A stretch of DNA of 64,000 bases, taken from the NCBI RefSeq assembly GCF_001194135.2, contig NC_068996.1, forward strand, positions 34,931,035-34,995,034. The letters run 5' to 3'. This DNA is from Octopus bimaculoides (taxonomy: Eukaryota). Under the pieces are notes generated by a model. That model had not been told where the DNA came from. It saw only the letters and a list, made by a program, of their open reading frames with translations, and ran no database searches. This document shows, piece after piece, positions 38,561-51,904 of this stretch (position 1 is its first letter; each line of letters opens with the position of its first letter). The position numbers and the translations under genes are program-made.

Positions 38561-40105
38561 TGAATTTAATTTCTCTTAATTCCACCTCAGTTCACCTAAT
38601 TGTATTTATTTATCACTACTTTTCATAAAAAAGCCTTTATTTTTGGATATCCAATGTGCATTTTCATTTTGTTTCTTCTTACTTTCCCCATATCTTTTCC
38701 ATGTGTAGTTTCTATTTTCTTTTTGAAACATATTTCTATTATATATATATATATATATATNNNNNNNNNNNNNNNNNNNNNNNNNNNNNNNNNNNNNNNN
38801 NNNNNNNNNNNNNNNNNNNNNNNNNNNNNNNNNNNNNNNNNNNNNNNNNNNNNNNNNNNNNNNNNNNNNNNNNNNNNNNNNNNNNNNNNNNNNNNNNNNN
38901 NNNNNNNNNNNNNNNNNNNNNNNNNNNNNNNNNNNNNNNNNNNNNNNNNNNNNNNNNNNNNNNNNNNNNNNNNNNNNNNNNNNNNNNNNNNNNNNNNNNN
39001 NNNNNNNNNNNNNNNNNNNNNNNNNNNNNNNNNNNNNNNNNNNNNNNNNNNNNNNNNNNNNNNNNNNNNNNNNNNNNNNNNNNNNNNNNNNNNNNNNNNN
39101 NNNNNNNNNNNNNNNNNNNNNNNNNNNNNNNNNNNNNNNNNNNNNNNNNNNNNNNNNNNNNNNNNNNNNNNNNNNNNNNNNNNNNNNNNNNNNNNNNNNN
39201 NNNNNNNNNNNNNNNNNNNNNNNNNNNNNNNNNNNNNNNNNNNNNNNNNNNNNNNNNNNNNNNNNNNNNNNNNNNNNNNNNNNNNNNNNNNNNNNNNNNN
39301 NNNNNNNNNNNNNNNNNNNNNNNNNNNNNNNNNNNNNNNNNNNNNNNNNNNNNNNNNNNNNNNNNNNNNNNNNNNNNNNNNNNNNNNNNNNNNNNNNNNN
39401 NNNNNNNNNNNNNNNNNNNNNNNNNNNNNNNNNNNNNNNNNNNNNNNNNNNNNNNNNNNNNNNNNNNNNNNNNNNNNNNNNNNNNNNNNNNNNNNNNNNN
39501 NNNNNNNNNNNNNNNNNNNNNNNNNNNNNNNNNNNNNNNNNNNNNNNNNNNNNNNNNNNNNNNNNNNNNNNNNNNNNNNNNNNNNNNNNNNNNNNNNNNN
39601 NNNNNNNNNNNNNNNNNNNNNNNNNNNNNNNNNNNNNNNNNNNNNNNNNNNNNNNTTGACGTCAGGAAGGGCATCCAGCTGTAGAAACTCTGCCAGATTA
39701 GATTGGAGCCTGGTGCAGCATTCTGGTTCGCCAGTCCTCAGTCAAATCGTCCAACCCATGCTAGCATGGAAGGCAGACGTTAAATGATGATGATTATATA
39801 TATATATATATATATATATATGCATATGTGGGCACAGGACGTCATGAAACATGTACAGCAAAAAAGTACGAAGCACGGAAATACGAGACTTGAAAAACAG
39901 CCAACAACTGATGAAGGGTCGTTCTTTGTTTGTTTTGTTTTCCATTTGTGTCTTTCGTCATTCGGAAGAATAGTTCATGTTCCATGTACTTGTGCTTCGT
40001 ACTTTTGTTGTTGTACACGTTTCATAATGTCCTGTGCCCACAAGCAAAAGTAACATCCACCCTTAGGGGTCAGCCACATTTAAGTGGCAAATATACTTCA
40101 CTCAT

Positions 40106-40139
<34 letters not shown>

Positions 40140-40629
40140 CGTATAAATGTAAGTATGTACATATACATATGTATATATGCACATATATATAATTTATATT
40201 ATTATATGATTGAACACCACACATCCTCTTCCAAGTAAGTTTTATCTATCTATATATATATATATATCATCTTTTATTTGTTTCAGTCTAGTCAAATGAA
40301 TTGACCCCAGGACTTTTTTTTTCCAAAAGCCTGGTATTTGTTCTATCGGTCTCATTTGCCGAACCAGTAAGTTACAGGGATATAAACTCGCCACCACCAG
40401 TTGTCAAGTGGTGGTGGTCGTTGAGGAGGGGGAGAGACAAACATAGACACAAAGACTTCTTTCAGTTTCTGTCTACTGAAACCACTCACAAGGCTTTGGT
40501 CGGCCTGAGACTATAGTAAAAGACACTTGCCCAAAGTACCACACAGTGGTATTGAACTCGGAAGCAACGAGCTGAATGAATCCTGCTGCCACACATATAG
40601 CCTTCAACCCTGTATATATACACACATAC

Positions 40630-40885
40630 ACATAAGAAGTGATTAGTTGGAGAATTTCTATGACTTCACCAACCCCAAATTCTGCCCTCCAAATTTCCTC
40701 AATTGTGTGGGGCATGGTTGAGAAAGACACCAACTGCTTTGCCTGCAACATCAAGGCCGAGCTAGTGGCCATGATCAAAGAGGTGTTCAAGGATCTTCTC
40801 AGTGAAACAGTGAGGAATGCATGTGTCAGTTTCCAGAGCCATCTTGAGGCTGTGGTGGAAACAGAGGATGGCTACTAAAAGTAAG
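40630..40885 (+). mobile_element. DD37D/maT transposase C-terminal remnant
   Basis: VWGMVEKDTN..KAELVAMIKEVFKDL..VRNACVSFQSHLEAVVETEDGY. Confidence 0.8.
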
Positions 40886-41449
40886 GTTGGGGTATGTATG
40901 TATGTTTCTACATACATTGAAGTATATGTGTGTGTGTGTGTGTATACACAACTGGAAGTACTAAATATTTTTATTTGCCTAAGTGGCTTAATTGGTAGTA
41001 AGCATTGATACTTGGAATGCATAGTAAACCAGGATCAAATGAAATGGAAAATGTTCAGGGAGCAACTGCCTGTGCTGGAAACAAAGGGACTCTTCCTTGG
41101 TGTGGAGTGTATGATGAGACCAGGGTTCTGGCACTCTGTCAGTTATGAGAAGGGTTCCAGTCAATCCGATCAATGGAAGAGCCTGCTTGTGAAATTAATG
41201 TGCAAGTGTTTGAGCACTCCACAGACATGTGTAACCTTAACGTAGTTCTCAAGAAGATTCAGCATGACACAGAGTGTGACAAGGCCGGCCCTTTGAATAA
41301 CAAGTACTACTCATTTTTGCCAGCTGAGTTGACTGGAGCAGCATGAAATAAAGTGTCTTGCTCAAGGACACAATGCACCACCAGGAATCAAACTAATGAC
41401 CTTACGATTGGGAGCTGATTTACTACCAGGGTTCTAAATGTAGAGAATT

Positions 41450-41700
41450 TGCAAAGACTAAAAAGAAATGAGGCAAGCATACTTTACTGGATATGAAAAG
41501 TGCATGAACGATGCCAAACAAATAACTGGAGAGAGAAACTGTGTATAAGGTGAACCTGACGTTTAGATTCAAGAGAGAGAACTACATTGGTATGGACAAA
41601 GGATGTGAATGAAGACTGTTGCATAAAATAAATAGTGAGCGATTAGAGTGAATTGTGTCAATGGAATAGGAAAATAAGGAAGTCATAGAATGACACGGGA
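41450..41700 (+). mobile_element. RTE LINE C-terminal remnant
   Basis: NEASILYWI..WREKLCIR..ERELHWYGQ, degenerate. Confidence 0.55.
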
Positions 41701-43096
41701 CTAATTGGTGGAAATTGATCTTGTTGGAGCCACATAGAATGCTTCTTGTGCCTGTGCTGTGTAAACGCACCTGTGCAGGTGCCATGTAAAAAGAGCATTC
41801 AGCACACCCTGTAAAGTGGTTGGTGTTAGGAAGTGCATCCTGCAGTAGAAGCCATGCCAAAACAGACAATTGGAGTCTGGATAGCTCCCTGGCTGGCCAA
41901 CTCCTGTCAAGCCATCCAACCCATTCTAGCATGGAAAACAGACGTTAAACGATGATGATGAATCTCACAAAAGAGTTGACAAGAGACTGCAACAACTAGT
42001 CACCTGCGGTAATGCAGAAAACCACTCTCTCCCTCTTAGACCAGTATGGTACAAAGAATGCTAATGATGGGAGTGCTGTCGGTTGGGATGCTCTTGCTGC
42101 AATTACCTACCACTTTCCAATTCTTTTACTATCTTCTCTCCACAAGTCTCCCTGTCCAAGATGCTTTCACTCTTTTCTTACTCTACTCTTCTCCCCCTCC
42201 CCTCCACTTTTATGATATTCTCCTCTGACCTCTCTTTGTCTCATTGTTTTCACTACATTCACCCTCTCCTCTCTCTCTATTTCTACAGTACTTTCCAGCC
42301 CTTCTTTCTCTTACTCTTGCATACACCCATTGCTGCAACACTTTCTCTCACCCCACCACTCTGTCTGTCTGTCTCTCTCTCTCACAACCTCTCTCCTTAG
42401 CCTCCCTAACTAGGACACTTTGTTTATATTTATACTTTGTTCTTTCTCCTATCACCACTGCCACCACCTCTTTGGTACCCCCTCCCCCAGCTTCTCTTTC
42501 CGTTACTCTTCTTGCTGCTTTCATCCACTGCTCGCTTGACCTGCCTCTTTTCTCCTATTATACTTTCCCCCTAGCTTATTCACAGCCTCAAAACCTTCTC
42601 ATCCCCACCACACTGTCTTTAACTTACCTCAATGCATCCCAAAGCCCACCTTCCCTCAAGTGACCTCCTCTCCAGATTTCTTGCCACTCTCACCTATTTC
42701 TCTCTCTTTTATGTTCCATTCCACCCATACCCTTATATAGGATGGCAAGGGATCCTCTTACTGAGCTCACCTTTTCATCCTTACACCTTACCACTCCATC
42801 CCTCCTTCTCTTTAACCCCTGACACTAATTCCTTTCCTCTTTCTTTGCATACTAATCTCTCTCTCTCTGTAGAAATATATTTTGTTTATACTACTTTACT
42901 CTTGCCTCTCACAACTATAAAACTGCTCCTCTTATAGTTTGTCTCTGCCATGAGCTCACTTAGAACCATCACACTCTCCCTTCTATTCTGAGTTACAGGT
43001 ACAATCTATCCAAGGTTACAGATATTAACATTTGCCTAAGACACTATGCAGTGGGATTGAACCCTGAACCTTGTTGTTAGGAAACATACTTCTTAA

Positions 43097-43305
43097 CCCT
43101 TTCATTACCATATTTCTGTTGAAATACACTGCCCTTTTCTCAAATAATTTTGAAAATATTAAAAAAATTATTAAAATAACTCTGATATTATTTAGCTGGG
43201 GTTTTGAACATAAATTAACATGAAATTTTAATTTGGATTACTTTAAAATGGGAAGTTTGTATCATAGGACCAAGTGTGGTTTCAGGTGGGTTGGTATCTG
43301 AAGGG
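43097..43305. mobile_element. piggyBac-type MITE (family 1) inserted in a SINE
   Basis: TTAA|CCCTT...AAGGG|TTAA (TTAA at 43093-96 and 43306-09); the interrupted SINE sequence resumes on both sides. Related copies at about 6030-6757 and 32230-32420. Confidence 0.8.
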
Positions 43306-44599
43306 TTAATCATTCAGCCATATTACTCACATTTAAATAAGTAAATAGACACTAATGAATTGTACTTGATACATTTTAATTTGTCTAAACAAGATGACTG
43401 AAAATGTATAATGACATAAGTCAGTTAGTGCTTTGACCATTGTTTAAGTGAATGGAAATAAACAGAAATAGTAAACTCTAAATATAAAAGAAAATATGGA
43501 ATATTTTTCTAAAAATAGCCTAGCACCCATATCTATCAGTTTATATTGAAAGCAAGAACTAAAAATAATTCTTAGGAGAAATGCTTCCATCAAACCTGAG
43601 CTAGAAAGATATAAAGCTTTTCAAAGAATTTCTAGATTCCTTTCATCTTGTGTTGGAAGGAAAACTTGTTTTTGGTAATAGGTAAATGGACTTAATAGAT
43701 TACAGTAAAGAAATACCTTCAAACCTTGAAAAAGTCATCAGAATAAGAGACCAGATGAAGGAAATATAAATTAAGTGTTTATCATCTAAAGAATATCCAT
43801 AGTAACATCTTCAAGACAAAAAAATTTAACTTTCATTATCGGAGGATGGCAATGATGATGATCTGCTTCTTCTTTGTCTTCTTTTAACATGCTGGAATGA
43901 ATCGGACAATTATTCGACATGTACTGGTTAGCCAGAAAGCTACACTAAAGTCCAAGGTTTCTACAGGTCGATGCCTTTCCTAATACCAAGCACTTTACAG
44001 CATGTACTGGGTACTTTTTTTTTTTTTCATGGCACCTGCACTAGTGAGATCATAAAATACTTGCAAGAAGAGACACTTCAACTGAGTGGGATATATATAT
44101 TAAAGGATATGAAAGTATGATAGAGAGAAAGGAACAAGTATTTTGCTGAAGAGGTGAAGAAGATTGTCCACTTGGAAAGAGAGAGAGAGATGTGAGGTCA
44201 AGTTATTAGGTGAATATGAGAGAATAGGGATAGAAGAACAGAAAAGGTGGATGGTTAGGTAAGTGACTTAGAGTGTAAAGAGCATGACATGATTAGAGAA
44301 GGAGATTGAGATGAAATAAAGAATGGTATGAAAGTCCAGACAACATCATTATCATTTAATGTCTGTTGTCCATGCTGACATGGGTTAGATGGTGTGACCA
44401 GAGCTGGAAGTTAGTGAGGGAGGTGCTGCACCAGACTCCTGTCTGATTTGGCATGGCTTCTACAGCTGGATGCCCTTCCCAATGGTAGCAAGTAAAATAC
44501 AAGGTGCATTTCAGTTTTGAGAAATTTTTGGAGTGGCAGTTTAGTATATCATTACTATACACCTAATAAGCTGACCTGCCAACTTTTGATATTCCAAAT

Positions 44600-44995
44600 T
44601 GAAAGAGACAGTTGTAACAAGACTTTGAACACCTCCTACTAAACACTGCTTGTCACAATACCATCCTGGTGACCAACTACTTGACAGAGATGGACATCAA
44701 AACTTTCCCCTTACCCTTCTTATTGTCAAGACCTTGCTTCCTGTGATCTTTTGTTATTCTCCAAGCAGAAGGAGAACTTCAGGGCCAGTTGTTTTGAAGA
44801 CATTGAGAAGATCAAGACTGCGACAAGAGTCCTAGATACCTCCACTACAGAGGATTTCTAGGGGATCTTCACAAAGTGCAACAAGTACATTGAAGTCAGA
44901 GGATTCTACTCTGAAGGAAATTGGAGTTTTCTCCTTCTTTGAAATAAATAAATGTCTATCCTGGAAAAAGTCTCAAAACTTCTGGAATGCACCAA
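44600..44995 (+). mobile_element. Mariner transposase C-terminal remnant
   Basis: Frameshifted SYCQDLASCDLLLFSKQKE..FEDIEKIK..KCNKYIEVRGFYSEG, resembling the mariner YSPDLAPCDF region and C-terminus. Confidence 0.7.
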
Positions 44996-47089
44996 AAATT
45001 TTCATTCACTTGTTTATAAGGTTCTTTCAGTTGAGATTGACACAGCCTAGTTGTGAGGATGTTGGACTCACAATCACAAAATTGTGGTTTCAGTTCCTGG
45101 ACCAGACAGTGCATAACACTTCATTTTATGTTGCTCTGTGAATGCTTTGACATCTGACACGTGGAATACTTTGTAGTTGTTCAGGAATGAGCTGATGTGC
45201 AGCACAAACATATGATCACAATAAACAAATCATCTGTGCAGGTTGGTCAGCAAGACTGCAGAACTCTCATCTGTTATATACACCATAGTATATTTTATAG
45301 ATTTAAAACATCACTCCTTGGAATTTTTGTAGGTTTTTCAGGAGTTCAACATGTTATTTCTATGTAGTTCCACCCATTTCAAACTTCAGATTTTAGAATT
45401 ATCATTTTGTTACATCAGGCATGTTTCACTTACATTTCATTTAAAAAGGAAAATAGATTTTTTTTCTTTCACTGTTGAGTTTTCAGCAAATGATGATCTA
45501 TGCTAACTTCTGTAGTTTCAATTTTGGTATCACAATACGAATTATCACCAAATTGAATGTTTTTAAGTTGAACACATATTTCTCACAGTATCTTTAGAGG
45601 GTACATATTTAATTTTTGTCATTTCAGCAAACATTAGTAGGTTTATGTGCATGCACTTGTGTGCGGTATCTGCATTGGTTAATTGGAGTGCCAATTAGTC
45701 GTGGCGTTTTTCATTTCTAGGGCCCCGTAGAAATTATTGGTAAATTTTTACTGTTACACCTTTTTGATGAGCTTTCAGAATAGTTATTACTATTCCAAGG
45801 AGAAGGAAAAGAGCCAAGAATTAGGTGGTAGTTTTTGCATGAAAAAATTCTTTGTCCTCCACCCCCAATTCTGTGTTCTTTTTTGGTAAATTTTTACTAT
45901 TTCTTACTCATACACCCATTTCATGAGGCAGATGTAATATCTTTTACTTATCTTTTATATTATACCTGTTTCAGTCATTAGACTGTGGCCTTGTTGGGGC
46001 ATCACCTTGAATTTTTAGTTAAATGAATCAAAACCCAGTAATTATTTTCTTAAAGCGTGATACTTATTCTATTGGTCTCTTTTGATGAACTGCTAAGTCA
46101 CGGGCATGTAAATACATCAACGCTAGTTGTCAAGTGGTGCTGGGAGACAAACACACACATACACACATAATGGGTTTCTTTCAGTTTCTGTCTACCAAAT
46201 CCGCTCACATGTTTTAGTTGGCCTGAGGCTATAGTAGAAGACGCTTACCCAAGGTGGCATTCAGTGGGACTGAACACAGCACTATGAGTTTGAGAAGCAA
46301 GCTTCTTACCCACAACCACACCTGTGCCTATAGTTAAAGATGTTAAAGTAATTTCCAGGCCAAAATGAAACAGAAGCACAGCATTTAACCAGCTGTAGAT
46401 ATTGTGTTAATTGGTATTTTGAGACCATTTCTTTGGATTTATACAAGACAAAATTTTATTTTTTTAAAATTTTGCACCTCCTCCTTTATTTTTTCAAAAC
46501 ATCTTGAGACAGTATGACTTAGAAAAAAGTTTTTTCAAAATTTAAAAATAATATCTGAAATGGAAAATGGAAAACTTATGCTAATTTTGTTCAAGAACCA
46601 AATGAAGTGGGGATTTTCAACCCTGGGATCATCCTGATTTGAAAAAGTATAATATATCTATGTAGAGCAAACATAACTTGAGATATAAAGATCCCACATG
46701 GACATATAGAATTTTGCTTTTATTATTATAGATGTTTCATAATCAGTTTCTATCTACCAAATTCACTCACAAAGCTTTGGTTAACCTAGAGCTATAGGAG
46801 GCACTTGCTCAAGGTGCCACACAGTGAGACTGAACCCGAAGTCACATGGTTGGGAATCAAGCTTGTTAACCTGCATCTATCTTTTGTATTTCTTGCTCTA
46901 AAATTATTTTACTTCAAAGTACTGGCTTCCTGATAAAATTCTTGTATAAGATTTTTATCCTTTTTTGATAAAATTCTTGTAAAAGATTTTTATCCTTTTT
47001 TTGAATTTATTAATCAAATATATACATATATATATATAAATGTAAGAACTTACTGTGGACAAGGGCTGCATGGTATTCGATTTATATAT

Positions 47090-47420
47090 ATATATATTTC
47101 AAATTTACAGAAAAGAAGAGAGACAGGTGAAGGAACAACAAACAGGTGTATTAGTTTAACACCCGGGAAGAATGGAAAAGTCTTTGACATTTCGAGCCTA
47201 CGCTCTTCAACAAAAAGGGGATTGAGAGAAAAAAAGAGAGATAACGGATTAACACCTCAGCATAAAAACATGCAGGTAAAATGAGGAAGATTGAGAGATA
47301 AGTAGGAAATACAAATGAATAAATAAACAAAATTAGACAAGTAAAACATGTTGGAAAGTGTATAGCAATATGAAACAAAATATAGATGGGAAGATGGCAG
47401 AATTGTTACTGTGCCGGGTA
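47090..47420 (-). mobile_element. PLE-like terminal repeat with a degenerate minimal hammerhead (47182-47217); near-identical second copy at 49080-49365
   Basis: Minus strand CTTT TTGTTGA A GAGC-GTAG-GCTC GAAA TGTC AAAG: stem I, decayed core, perfect stem II hairpin, GAAA, GUC triplet. Confidence 0.55.
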
Positions 47421-47619
47421 ATTGAGTGTGGATGTTAAACTGAAGTGAGTGCACAAAGAAGCAGAGTCTTTTTACTTAAAAATCAAAACTTCCAAAAGTG
47501 AGCCTGCCAAACATGGTGTGTACTAGTACCTAGTTTCTAATTTTGAATAGGAAGATATTAAAATTAATCAAACTTTATAAGAAATCAACCTGTGAAAAAT
47601 AGTACAATGTACATATGTC

Positions 47620-47945
47620 AAGGCACATGGTTCAGTGATTAGAGCATAGGGCTCACAATCATGAGGTTGTGAATTTGATTCCCGAACCGGGCTGAGTGTT
47701 GTGTTCTTGAGCAAGACACTTTATTTCACATTGCTCCAGTTCACTCAGTTGTAGAAATGAGTTGCGGTGTCATTGGTGCCAAGCTGTATTGGCCTTTACC
47801 TTTCCCTTGGATAACATCGGTGGCATGGAGAGGTGGGGTTGGTATGCATCGGCAACTGCTGGTCTTCCATAAAACAATCTTGCCCAAACTTGTGCATACC
47901 AGGGGAACTCTCTGGGTGCAATCCCATGGTCATCATGACCAAAAG
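47620..47945 (+). mobile_element. tRNA-like SINE family D (others at about 27060-27200, 41140-41410, 60860-60990, 63745-63965)
   Basis: GGTTCAGTGATTAGAGC..GATTCCCGAACCGGG..GTGTTCTTGAGCAAGACACTTTATTTCACATTGCTCCAGTTCACTCAG. Confidence 0.75.
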
Positions 47946-47974
47946 GGATCTTTACTTTTACATACATATACACA

Positions 47975-48305
47975 CAAAGTGCATAGTTTAGAGATCAAGA
48001 AATCTCTTCAAATTGAGCTGTTACTTCTTTGCATGGAGAGGTCACAGCTCTGGTACTATGGACATGTGATTAGAATATTGCAGGAAAGAATTGCAAGATG
48101 GATTTTTTTAAAGCTGAGCCAACTTGTAGGAGATCTAGTAGACCAAGAATGAAATGGTTGTAATAAAAGTTTCAGTAGGTCATGTTTGGGAACTAAACGG
48201 CAAAGTGGTACAATGGTTGCTTCTGACAGGACCTTATGGAGGAAGTGCCGGAGGACACTACTCTCATGGCTCTTCCAGGAGTAGTGGGTGGAGAAAATGG
48301 ATGGT
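47975..48305 (+). mobile_element. LINE (RTE/CR1-like) 3' remnant
   Basis: IKKSLQIELLLLCMERSQLWYYGHVIRILQERIARW..RSSRPRMKW. Confidence 0.65.
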
Positions 48306-48329
48306 TATATATATATATATATATAAGGG

Positions 48330-48747
48330 CATTACTACAGAATAATGCCACACACTGGACTTCCCAAATAAACACATTTAGTACCGAATGCGAGGAAAAA
48401 CAACCAACAGAAGAAAACCAACTTTCTTTTACACGTGTACCTTAAACAACCCAGAAGTATTCCCGCTTCTTTGATGAAGATGTATACAGATAAACTTCAT
48501 TCCCTTTGCTGTGTCGGATACGTAGAGTGTTCGTTTTTGGTGAGGTGAGAATTCTGTTTATTTGTATATATTTTTTTGAACAATACTATGCTGATGAACG
48601 AAATCTAGATTCATTCTAGTAATCGCGAAATCGGTCGATACATAGTTGAGTTATTTAAAAGAAAGTTGGTTTTCTTCTGTTGGTTGCTTTCCTCGCATTC
48701 AGTACTAAATGTGTTTATTTGGGAAGTCTAGTGTGTGGCATTATTCT
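48330..48747. mobile_element. Small fold-back element (about 90-bp inverted arms) enclosing the hammerhead; probably PLE-derived and non-autonomous
   Basis: About 48343-48430 is the near-exact reverse complement of about 48658-48747 (only a few mismatches); left end abuts (TA)n, right arm runs into a gap. Confidence 0.7.
48585..48646 (+). ncRNA. Type I hammerhead ribozyme motif (near-canonical)
   Basis: Stem I ACTATG(48585-90)/CATAGT(48641-46); core CTGATGA (48591-97); stem II CGA..CTAGA-TTCAT-TCTAG..TCG; GAAA (48627-30); near-palindromic stem III ATCGGTCGAT; cleavage triplet AUA (48638-40). One deviation: A instead of G at position 10.1. Confidence 0.8.
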
Positions 48748-51700
48748 NNNNNNNNNNNNNNNNNNNNNNNNNNNNNNNNNNNNNNNNNNNNNNNNNNNNN
48801 NNNNNNNNNNNNNNNNNNNNNNNNNNNNNNNNNNNNNNNNNNNNNNNNNNNNNNNNNNNNNNNNNNNNNNNNNNNNNNNNNNNNNNNNNNNNNNNNNNNN
48901 NNNNNNNNNNNNNNNNNNNNNNNNNNNNNNNNNNNNNNNNNNNNNNNNNNNNNNNNNNNNNNNNNNNNNNNNNNNNNNNNNNNNNNNNNNNNNNNNNNNN
49001 NNNNNNNNNNNNNNNNNNNNNNNNNNNNNNNNNNNNNNNNNNNNNNNNNNNNNNNNNNNNNNNNNNNNNNNNNNNNNNAACAACAAACAGGTGTATTAGT
49101 TTAACACTCGGGAAGAATGGAAAAGTCTTTGACATTTCGAGCCTACGCTCTTCAACAAAAAGGGGATTGAGAGAAAAAAAGAGAGATAACGGATTAACAC
49201 CTCAGCATAAAAACATGCAGGTAAAATGAGGAAGATTGAGAGATAAGTAGGAAATACAAATGAATAAATAAACAAAATTAGACAAGTAAAACATGTTGGA
49301 AAGTGTATAGCAATATGAAACAAAATATAGATGGGAAGATGGCAGAATTGTTACTGTGCCGGGTAAAATGCTTAGTGGCATTTCATCAGTCTTTACATTC
49401 TGAGTTCAAATGTTGTCAGGGTCGACTTTCATCCTTTCAAGGTCTATAAAGTGAGTAACAGTTGAAGACTGTGGTCAGTGTAATCAACTTAACCTCTTTC
49501 ATGAACTTGCTGGTCTTGTGCCAAAATTTGAAACAAATATGAAGCAAAACAAGAATGGGAAAAGTATGCAGTTGCTAATGATGATTCCAACATGGGTATA
49601 GCTGTTTTCATTTTCAAATTGATTACAATTGCTCTAACACAAATATAATCTACAGTACATTGTAGCAATAAGATGAAACACTCAACACACCACTAATAAA
49701 AGAATGTGTATAATGAAAAGTACACCAATATCAAGTATATATTTATATATAGTCAATCTCGTACGTTAAGATCTACTTTCCATGGGCCAAATGAAATTCA
49801 TTGGAAGACTTTCTATGGCCAGATGCCCTTCCTATCAAACAGTTCTTCACCTCTTTCAAAGCAAGATAATATTTCTTCATGGCCAGACATGTTTATATAT
49901 ATGTATGGTGGTATGGGCTGAATAGTTTGACAGGAGTTGACCAGGCAGAAGACTGCACAGAACTTCTGTGACTGTTTTGACAGTAGAGGAGGCAGCATAT
50001 ATATATATATCCCTCTTCAATGAACTGCTTCCTGTTGACTTGCCCCCTATTTCCATACATTTGTCACCCTCCCTACTCACTATGTTTTCATCTCACTCTT
50101 GCAATGAAACCACCCTCATGTTATCTTTCTCCCATTCTTCTCCTGTCTATTTTATTAATATTACTATTCTATTGCTTTTCACTCTTTTCTGTACTGTTAG
50201 TCAGCACCAACTCTTCCCAACTCATATATATTACTGATTATTCTGTCTTTGTTCATCATTCACAACATTTACACCTCAACTTAACCCAATTTTTTGTCAT
50301 CACCTACTCTCCTCTATCTTCCAACTATCATCAACCACACTCCTCATCATTCAGTATATTTCTTTCCAGTCCCAGCTACTCCCACCCATTCTTCTATAAT
50401 GTGAGTAGCCATGTGTCTTGTCCGCAGAAACTTGTTCAGGTCTCTTTCATACTTTAACGACTCATCACATCAAGCATAATGGTGACTCCTCCTCTACTGT
50501 AGCCTCATTCAGCCAAAGGACCTTAGTTTTGCAAGTTACATGGTGATATCATACAAGTTACAAGGTAAAAAGAAAAAAAAAGGCACTCAGTACACTCTAA
50601 CACAATCAGAGTTAGGAAGAGCATCCAACCACAGAAACCATGTCCTTTGGATCCTGTCAGACCATGTGAACATGCAAGATAAATGTTAAAAGCTGATGAT
50701 GGTACACAGATACACACATATGTTTGGAAAAAAAAAAAAGAAAGAAAGAAAGAAGTCAGAAATAATTGCCTTAATTTTATTGACCAATAACAACAACAAC
50801 AAATGGTAATATAATAATGATAATAATATTAACGACATAGGGTAATTAAGGACAAATACAAGCTACAGAAAGATTGAAAAGAAGTTAAGTCTGTCCAGAT
50901 AGTTCAAAATAAGATGGCAATTTGTCTTACTGATAATGAGCAAAAATAAATTTAGAGCTCACTGTCCAAACAATCTTCAACGAGCTGCTTTTAACTTCAT
51001 TCTGTCTTTTTTTACTGATATCTGTTCCACTCCCAATATGGTTTGTTATGAAGTTGAACATTCTGGGAGTTCCATTGTTTCAGATTTTCTTGTTATGTTT
51101 ACATTACTTTATATTCTTTCAGTCATGAAAGCCGTAGAGTCAATTTATAATCCTGTGTTTTACAATGCAGCTTACACCTAACCCAATTATAAGTTTGAGA
51201 ATGACTTGTGATATAGATTCATACATCGGTGTAATTTTGCCTGTAAATATATTCTTGGATATAAATTCTTGGAAAAGAATGTTTACCATCTTGTAAACTA
51301 TGTTGTTTTTTTTTCTTTCTTCTTTCAACCTCATGTTTTTCTCTGAAATGTGGCATTTTGTTGATATGATTCTTTCAAGAATTATGGCAGTTCTGATTGA
51401 TTGCAAGACAACATCTATCTATATATATACATATATATATTTATATATATATACATATATATNNNNNNNNNNNNNNNNNNTTTTTTTTTCCCTTTTTTTA
51501 GCTATTAATTTCAGTGTTATATTCAAGCACACAGTACAAGTTCAACTCCAAATGACAGTCAAGACATCAGTTTGCTCACTTATTTCTAGTTATTTGTGAG
51601 GTATATCCAAAACAAATTCATCTTAAATTAAACAACTCAAATTTCAGGTTCGAAACCTAGGACCGACTTCCACCTCGAGACCTCTTAGAGGTTAAATCTT

Positions 51701-51898
51701 TTTAACAGTTTTTTTTCTTCTTTTTTTTTTAGGTGGAATTTAAATAATATACACAGTAACATTTACACACATCTATATAGTAAAAAAAAAAAAAAAAAAG
51801 TGGGAAAAAAAGTTTATACATACATATTTCGGGCCGTATTACATGTTCAGCAGAAATGTCTACATGATCAACATGATTGCTTCATTATTTCCATAGCA

Positions 51899-51904
51899 TT
51901 TATT
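51899..51904 (-). terminator. Candidate polyadenylation signal of the MTUS-like gene
   Basis: AATAAA on the minus strand about 420 nt downstream of the stop; other AATAAA sites exist further on. Confidence 0.35.

Noticed and set aside
42012-42937. Cluster of Leu/Ser/Pro-rich ORFs (also 49968-50457)
   Set aside because: CT-rich low-complexity sequence; ORFs are compositional artefacts.
49080-49365. Near-identical (about 1 mismatch) copy of 47135-47420
   Set aside because: Starts at a gap edge; cannot separate a recent local duplication from a haplotype or assembly artefact without reads.
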